Part shown: positions 58,546 to 64,000 of the stretch, piece by piece
Numbering within the stretch: the stretch's first letter is position 1
Layout: each line of letters begins with the position of its first letter
From: a virus
Strand: one strand, 5' to 3'
Virus record (IMG/VR): IMGVR_UViG_3300032268_001296
Coordinates: 48,198-112,197 of that record
Length of the DNA: 64,000 bases
Made by a program: the position numbers and the translations under genes
Notes under the pieces: model-generated
Told to the model about the DNA's origin: nothing
Database searches by the model: none
The model's input: only the letters and a program-made list of their open reading frames with translations

Positions 58546-58926
58546 ATGCAAACGTTTCAAGTCCCTATCGGTCAGCAAGTGCGGGTTTACTTTAACCTTC
58601 ACAAGAAAATGCTATCGGTCCAAACTAAACAAAATGGACAGTGGAAACTTATTGGACATGCCGAAGATGTTTATCTTCACAATGTTACGTTTAAGGTGTC
58701 GGAAGCTGGTCGCCAACGTGTGATTAAAAACAAAAGAAAGAACGTTCATGCCTTCATCATTGGCGAAATCACCGATGGTTTCAAATCTCTGGATCTCGAT
58801 CCTTTCCTTACTGTAAGATACAATCCTTACGAGATGGATAAGTTTCAGTGTCGGGGCGAGAACATCTCTTCTGCGAAAACCGTTATCATCAACGGTCGCC
58901 ACGTTTATGCGCAAAATCCTCAATAA
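58546..58926 (+). CDS. conserved-looking phage hypothetical protein
   Basis: VRVYFNLHK, VSEAGRQRV..KRKNVHAF, YNPY; promoter 58508-58536. Confidence 0.75.
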   Translation: MQTFQVPIGQQVRVYFNLHKKMLSVQTKQNGQWKLIGHAEDVYLHNVTFKVSEAGRQRVIKNKRKNVHAFIIGEITDGFKSLDLDPFLTVRYNPYEMDKFQCRGENISSAKTVIINGRHVYAQNPQ

Positions 58927-58938
58927 ATAATCAATAAA

Positions 58939-59247
58939 ATGAGCCTCAACAAAGCAATCAAACACGGTAAAGAAAAGCGCAAAGAATACTATGGTTCACA
59001 AGCGTTTGCTCATAGCTGCCGCCCGCATGGCAACTGTCCTTACTGCGAAGGTAATCGCAAGTTCTTTGATAAGAAAGCTCGTGTTCGAGCAAACAAACAA
59101 GAACAAATGCAAGACTACTGTGACTCTTATGTTGGCGCGGGCGATCCTACTTGCGCCATGATGGACTTTCAAGAAGTTGTTGCGCGAAAGATTGGCGTTG
59201 ATATCTTTGAACTGTGTATGGTGGAAGAAGACTGGAGCGTGCAATAA
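58939..59247 (+). CDS. small Cys/His-motif protein
   Basis: KAIKHGKEKRK, SCRPHGNCPYCEGNR. Confidence 0.7.
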   Translation: MSLNKAIKHGKEKRKEYYGSQAFAHSCRPHGNCPYCEGNRKFFDKKARVRANKQEQMQDYCDSYVGAGDPTCAMMDFQEVVARKIGVDIFELCMVEEDWSVQ

Positions 59248-59547
59248 GATAAGGTGTCTGTAACTCGTTGAAGGTCAACGAGTTACGTGGATGCACCTCT
59301 TCCTCATAAGTCCTTGAACGTCAACGACTTACGTCGAGGCGGGGGGCCCCGTCCGCGTAACTCCTTGAACCTCAGTCACTTACAACGAATCGCTATAAGT
59401 CGTTGATGCTTAATGAGTTGGGGGATGTTCCCCTACACGCTTATTTGATGCTTATTTATTTACAAATTTATTATTTAGTATTTTTCTGTTTAGCATTTTG
59501 CCTCTCCCTTAGTATTATGCTAAAGGAGAGGCGCTTATTAAGTCAGA

Positions 59548-60030
59548 TTATTCTTCGTCGTTTAAGCCAGCAGCTTCGTCGGCATCATACTCATCGTAAT
59601 CCATTTTATCCACCAAGAACTTAGAGTATTCTTTCTTGTTTCCAATGTCACTGGATTCATCATTGTGATCAAAGCCAAGGGCAGTAAAGGAGCCATAGTA
59701 TCCCATGCCGCTTTCATGATAATCAAGAATGAACTTAGAATCCCGAAACATATTTGCAAGTCCCCAGATTACTCCAATTGGAGGACTCCAAGCGGTATCA
59801 AAAACAGCACACCCAAATTCACAAAGAGATTCGCCAACTTCTTTAGCTTTATCTTCACCTAGATCCCACTTAGTTCCCCAAGCATTAGCTTGAGCACTTG
59901 CTTCAGATTCGCCATCAATGTAATCAGGAGGAACAATGTCGCCAAAGCTCAGTCCCTTTTCTTTCAGGAACTTTTCTAGTTCGGGAGTGATATTCTCGAT
60001 GGTCAGTTTATTTTCGGTCCAATTGGGCAT
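59548..60030 (-). CDS. DUF1281/YubB-like ferredoxin-fold protein
   Basis: MPNWTENKL, WGTKWD, FDTAWSPP, YHESG. Confidence 0.75.
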   Translation of the reverse strand: MPNWTENKLTIENITPELEKFLKEKGLSFGDIVPPDYIDGESEASAQANAWGTKWDLGEDKAKEVGESLCEFGCAVFDTAWSPPIGVIWGLANMFRDSKFILDYHESGMGYYGSFTALGFDHNDESSDIGNKKEYSKFLVDKMDYDEYDADEAAGLNDEE

Positions 60031-60053
60031 AGTAGTATTTGGTTTGTTTTTTA

Positions 60054-60209
60054 TTAAGCGTTAAGATGTTCGCGGCTGATATTAAATCGGCAAGTAATTC
60101 GCAGATTGGGGTTCTTTTGTTTCTTCCAAGCAATAAAGTCTTGTATGTTAGGATCTCCCTTGAGAAACTTATTTACTCCGCCGTCGCTCCAGTGAATAAT
60201 GGTAATCAT
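60054..60209 (-). CDS. 51-aa hypothetical peptide
   Basis: MITIIHWSDGG; fills the gap between tRNA and next gene. Confidence 0.4.
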   Translation of the reverse strand: MITIIHWSDGGVNKFLKGDPNIQDFIAWKKQKNPNLRITCRFNISREHLNA

Positions 60210-60221
60210 GTTTGTGAAAGG

Positions 60222-60294
60222 TAGGGGCGGTGGGAGTTGAACCCACTATCTACCAATTATGAGTTGGCTGCATTAACCGTTCTGCTACACCCCT
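60222..60294 (-). tRNA. tRNA with CAU anticodon (Ile2 or elongator Met)
   Basis: Acceptor AGGGGTG/CGCCCCT, D arm GCA..TGC, anticodon arm GCCAA-CTCATAA-TTGGT, T arm GTGGG-TTCAACT-CCCAC; no encoded CCA; lacks initiator GGG/CCC. Confidence 0.9.
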
Positions 60295-60300
60295 GAAATT

Positions 60301-60711
60301 TTATTCTTCGCCTGCTTCGTCTTGGTAGCCGCCGATATTGTATTCGTTGTTTCGAGAACTGATTTGCTGCATGAAGTTTTCGAACTTCACTTGAGATTCC
60401 ATCACAAGGCGAGCACGTTTAATTGCGCGGCGAGTGAACTGCATCACCATACCAGAATCTCGGCGACCTGCAACCTTATTTTTGCCGAAATGTTCATCCC
60501 ACACGCGGAAGTATTCCTTAATAATAAGAAACTTTTTGAACTGCTCGACGCTGCTCATGTAAAGCAGGTGATTGAACAGATGGTCGGAATGGTTGCTGCC
60601 AAAGATGTTTTCGGCAAGTGTGGCTTCTTCAATTGCTTGCTGCTTGTTGCCAATCAGTCCGATGGCAATTCCGAGACCGTTGTTGGAGACGATGTAGTGT
60701 AGAGGATTCAT
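60301..60711 (-). CDS. hypothetical protein
   Basis: TTGACG-17-TAATTT-9 nt-ATG. Confidence 0.7.
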   Translation of the reverse strand: MNPLHYIVSNNGLGIAIGLIGNKQQAIEEATLAENIFGSNHSDHLFNHLLYMSSVEQFKKFLIIKEYFRVWDEHFGKNKVAGRRDSGMVMQFTRRAIKRARLVMESQVKFENFMQQISSRNNEYNIGGYQDEAGEE

Positions 60712-60801
60712 GTCGGGGAAAAATTACAGCTTAGAACGGGTTTCGTCAAGAAATTGTGAACAGGCGGGGCAGATTTCTCCACCCCGCCCCACCTTCACAC
60801 A

Positions 60802-61701
60802 TTACACCTTGGCCAAAACTCGAATGCCTGCATTGGTGATCTTTCGAGTTCCCTCGATCTTGATCAATGCCTTGCGCAGCAGGTAGGTTTCGATATCGCG
60901 CTGAATGGCAGTGCGAGACATACCAGTTGCAGCGCTCAGCATGCCCAGCGTGCAGTCGCCACGTTCCTTGAGAATAGAAAGAACTTCCATTTCCGTGTTG
61001 TTAAGTCCGTGAACGTTGATGCCAACCAGACCGCGCAATTCATTCCATGCGGTGCGAGTGAACTTGGCGCTGTTCTTTGCCTCGCAATACATTTCAATTT
61101 CTTTGGTTCGCTTGACTGCATCGCGAGCATTGCCACGAACAGTTTCTGCGATCTCAGCAACCAAGCCATCTTCGAACTCTACCCAGTCCAAACGCTTTTG
61201 AATGATCGATCCCAGCTCGATCTCGTTGTAGGGTTTGAAGTCCACAACAGTGAAGCGATCCTTGAGAGGAGGAAAGATCTTGTCGAGTTCGGTAGTCGCA
61301 AAGATATAAGTTTGCTTTTCGAAGTTGAATTCGAAAGTGGACTCACGCCACGAAACCTGCTTGGAGCGTGCGCTTTCCACGTTGAAAACAGTAAGGAAGA
61401 CTTGTTGCAGCTCCTTCGGCAGATTGTGAGCCTCATCAAACAAAATGGTGATTTCGTTGTCCATGATGACAGGCATGAAAACCTGCTCGAAAAACTGCTG
61501 ATTGTTTTTGATGGTTGCGCAGTTGATTTCCAGCAGTGGCTTCTTCAGACTCTTGGCGAATTCCTTGGCGAACTCAGTCTTACCCAGTCCCTTAGCACCG
61601 TTGAACATGAGGAAGGGAGTAAGACCAGTTGCTTTGTGCGCTTCCAAGTAGAAGTTGAGGCGGCTCTTGAGACCTTCTTGACCAATGAGGTTGTCGAACA
61701 T
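60802..61701 (-). CDS. ruvB: RuvB-like Holliday junction branch-migration ATPase
   Basis: LIGQE, GAKGLGKT, FDEAH, FATT, PLKDRF, RGNAR, winged-helix IETYLLRKALI..RKIT. Confidence 0.8.
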   Translation of the reverse strand: MFDNLIGQEGLKSRLNFYLEAHKATGLTPFLMFNGAKGLGKTEFAKEFAKSLKKPLLEINCATIKNNQQFFEQVFMPVIMDNEITILFDEAHNLPKELQQVFLTVFNVESARSKQVSWRESTFEFNFEKQTYIFATTELDKIFPPLKDRFTVVDFKPYNEIELGSIIQKRLDWVEFEDGLVAEIAETVRGNARDAVKRTKEIEMYCEAKNSAKFTRTAWNELRGLVGINVHGLNNTEMEVLSILKERGDCTLGMLSAATGMSRTAIQRDIETYLLRKALIKIEGTRKITNAGIRVLAKV

Positions 61702-61736
61702 ATTGTTTTGATGTGTTTGGTGTTTGGCTTTACTGC

Positions 61737-61979
61737 TTAGAACGAAGTGATCTTGAACTCGATCTTCGGCATTTCTTCCTGCGGCTCGGTGGCAGGTGCG
61801 ATGGAGAGAGTAGCGGGTTTTTCACCCGTGTCAATACCATTTTCGCGAAGAAAAACTTTCGACACTGGAACAATCAGTTGATCGCCCATCAGTGCAACCA
61901 GATCGCAGAGACGAATCTTGACGAAAGAATTGCTGCCTGCTGGACGACCACGACGTTTTGCGTTTGCTTCGTTGCTCAT
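61737..61979 (-). CDS. small protein with AT-hook-like RRGRP motif
   Basis: KRRGRPAGSNSFV; promoter TTGACG-17-TAGGTT-9 nt-ATG. Confidence 0.65.
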   Translation of the reverse strand: MSNEANAKRRGRPAGSNSFVKIRLCDLVALMGDQLIVPVSKVFLRENGIDTGEKPATLSIAPATEPQEEMPKIEFKITSF

Positions 61980-62205
61980 TACGAAACGAACCTACCATGC
62001 CTTTTTCGATGCGTCAAATTTTTTTTCAGAAAAAAATCAGCAGATCAAAACGCGCCAAAGAATCTTTAAATGCATTTAAAATCACCAAAGTGCGCCAAAC
62101 AGCAGGTAATCAATCAAAATGAATGTTCCAGCTAGAAACAGCAGAAAAAGAAACGTACGGTTGAGATCGCGGTTGATTTGATCGCGAGCAGTTCGACGGT
62201 GGCAT

Positions 62206-62927
62206 TTATTTGGCATTTTTTCGCTCACAGTTTGTTGCGTGACAAAATGACACTATAGGTGTGACAAAATGACTCACTGTTTATTTGGCGCTTTCGCGCT
62301 CACAGTTTAGCTGTTTGTTTGCGGCTTATATTTGTTTTTTGCAGATCCGAACGCTCCCTTAGTACCACGCTGCGCATAATGCTTACCACGCCACATCGAT
62401 TCGTACAGCGCACGCATCATTTCCTTTTGCGCCATGATCTGTTCGTCGGTGAGAATATAATCTTGGAATTCGTTATTTGGCGCAATTTCGCTCACAGTTT
62501 CGTTGTTCATATTTTTTTTTATTTTATTGTTTATTTGAGTGGAAAACGTTCACAGTTTGTGTAATATATAGTATAACACGGTGCGACAGCACAATAATAT
62601 TGTCGGGTCGGTTATTTGAAAGCTTCGCTTTCACAGTTTATGCTTAGAACAGGTGAAAACCCTGAGTAAATAGTTCGTCAAGCCCTTTGGGAAGTAGAGA
62701 TCGTGCTTTGCATAAAACGGAAAGTCAAGACTAGAATAGATCGACAAAAAATCAACAGAAAACAGACATTTAAAATTGTCAAAAAAGTTCCTTTTATTTG
62801 GGACTTGATTCTTCGCAGCCGATCTAAGTGCTGCTTTTTGTCGTGTCTTTTTGCCGCTTGATGTGCCGTTCCCAAATATCAAGCTCTCCTTGCACCTCTT
62901 TATTTGGCTCTTCAACGCTCACAGCTG
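62206..62927. repeat. seven copies of bipartite motif TTATTTG-N13-CACAG(TTT)
   Basis: Starts at 62206, 62281, 62473, 62531, 62612, 62794 (CGCAG), 62900; offset between halves always 20 bp. Confidence 0.85.
62307..62510 (-). CDS. hypothetical protein
   Basis: 67-aa ORF with A-rich upstream region. Confidence 0.55.
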   Translation of the reverse strand: MNNETVSEIAPNNEFQDYILTDEQIMAQKEMMRALYESMWRGKHYAQRGTKGAFGSAKNKYKPQTNS

Positions 62928-63054
62928 CAATATAAAAGCCTCTCCAAAACAAATACATTGCTTCGAAGAAGGCGAAAACAGAGATTCCGAGCGCCAAAAT
63001 AGGCGAAATAACTAGTCCTGACAGCACTGCAAGTGCGATTTTTACTGCATTCAT
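62824..63054 (-). CDS. small membrane protein, leaderless
   Basis: TTGACT-17-TACAAT-7 nt-ATG; hydrophobic N-terminal half. Confidence 0.65.
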   Translation of the reverse strand: MNAVKIALAVLSGLVISPILALGISVFAFFEAMYLFWRGFYIAAVSVEEPNKEVQGELDIWERHIKRQKDTTKSST

Positions 63055-63639
63055 TGAGGTTATTGTAGGTTATGTTTTTGTTAGAGTCAAGCGGGAAATC
63101 GTTGATATATCAAGGGTTGGCGGGCCTTTTGGGGTATAAAAAAGAATTATAATTAGGGCTATTCACTCTCCCCCTCTACCCACTTCCTTTTTCACACCCA
63201 TTTTCACGTTGTTTTTCTTTCTATTTATCCCTATGTTTATTACCTTTCTTATACGTATTATATTGTATGTTTTTAGAAGGGAAGGGGTAGATGCTCTACG
63301 AGCATAAAACCCTTATGTATCAAGGGTTGTAGCGTGTTCGAGTGCGTATTTTTCACATAAAAAACACCATAAAAAATACTGAAAAAACCAGTGTATTTTC
63401 GGTGTGTTTTACTGCTCTAAAATCGCGCCATAAACGTGTCAAAAATCGTGTCAAAAAAGACCTTTTCGTGCCACTGAAAACATTTATTCAAAAGAGTGCG
63501 TCATTATGTCACATAAATGAGTTTAATATATATGCATAACGCTTTTTATTAAACACAAATGAATACATCAGGCCCCAAAGTCTTTGAATATTGTTTGTAT
63601 TTATAATACTAGCCCCGAAATCTACTGTTTTAACACATT

Positions 63640-64000
63640 TTAAGTGTTTGGAGTTACCTCTTTATTAAGCTTAGACTCCTGAGTTTTTTCATAGCACAAT
63701 CTCTCAGCAAATCGAATCATGCCATGAACAGCATCGTCTCCTCCATCAATATAGAAACGAAGGCTCCCAAACTTACTTTTGACTTGAGCAATCTTAACTG
63801 GATTACATATTGGAACATTAACCCAAACATCTTTTGGGTAGAGTGTGTTGAATGTAAGTCGACACAAAGCTTCCTCAATCTTCTTTCTCTTTGATTGAGC
63901 CACCTCTCTTTGAACCGATGGGGGAATTGCCCATGCCATGCGATCTTTCGGACGATATGGACGATAAGGATCGACAATCTTAATTAGTTGGTAATAAATC
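63640..64000 (-). CDS. phage hypothetical protein, 5'-truncated by the window edge
   Basis: QVKSKFGSLRFY motif; frame is open to the window end. Confidence 0.65.
   Translation of the reverse strand, partial: IYYQLIKIVDPYRPYRPKDRMAWAIPPSVQREVAQSKRKKIEEALCRLTFNTLYPKDVWVNVPICNPVKIAQVKSKFGSLRFYIDGGDDAVHGMIRFAERLCYEKTQESKLNKEVTPNT

Larger units (their letters stand above)
48851..59421. repeat. about 35 copies of the 27-bp palindrome GTAASTCRTTGA-N3-TCAAYGASTTAC in 11 intergenic clusters
   Basis: Clusters at 48851-49004, 49414-49560, 50361-50660, 51467-51544, 52458-52534, 53801-53947, 55190-55267, 55951-56028, 57105-57182, 58284-58415, 59260-59421. Confidence 0.95.

Noticed and set aside
48851-59421. 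Classical integron cassette array
   Set aside because: No integrase in the window, the genes carry their own promoters and terminators, and the repeats lack a clear attC box arrangement. Kept only as an analogy.
48851-59421. Match of the palindrome to FNR, Fur, CIRCE, parS or dif sites
   Set aside because: Spacing and flanks (TTGA-N3-TCAA inside GTAASTC..GASTTAC) do not fit those consensus sequences.
48069-59624. ORF-track entries with SLILNDL / QAESRKC / YLQL repeats and long N-terminal extensions
   Set aside because: These are translations of the palindromes, promoter box and 15-bp arrays, or antisense shadows of GC-rich genes.
1-64000. Alternative genetic code or prophage boundary
   Set aside because: The standard code gives full-length, tightly packed genes. 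No integrase, att site or host genes are visible.

Overview
A 64-kb piece of a large tailed dsDNA phage genome (Caudoviricetes, probably siphovirus-like) in the standard genetic code. No integrase or host housekeeping genes are visible. Left to right: (1) 1-17.4 kb: RecA-like recombinase, a very AT-rich nucleotide-sugar/glycosyltransferase cluster, class I ribonucleotide reductase with a free-standing GIY-YIG endonuclease, dUTPase, dNMP kinase, a sigma factor and SSB. (2) 17.4-48.2 kb: virion module (tail proteins, 2756-aa tape measure, tail tube, capsid, protease/scaffold, portal, terminase), ERCC4 nuclease, a second sigma factor and PhoH, with a shared GTGTAA motif in front of many genes. 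(3) 48.4-59.4 kb: a GC-richer array of small genes. Most have their own sigma70-type promoter (often leaderless) and several end in GAAA-tetraloop hairpins. They are separated by a conserved ~156-bp dyad element (two 27-bp palindromes flanking a GGGGCCCC core that occurs in both orientations). (4) 59.5-64 kb: minus-strand genes, tRNA(CAU), a RuvB-like ATPase and a cluster of a bipartite repeat. The two strongest candidates for an undescribed system are the tape-measure protein, which carries a kinase-like and two nuclease-like domains bounded by a repeated G[FYL][ILV]PN[FY]A linker, and the dyad-element-punctuated early gene array. All calls come from reading motifs by eye; no database searches were run.
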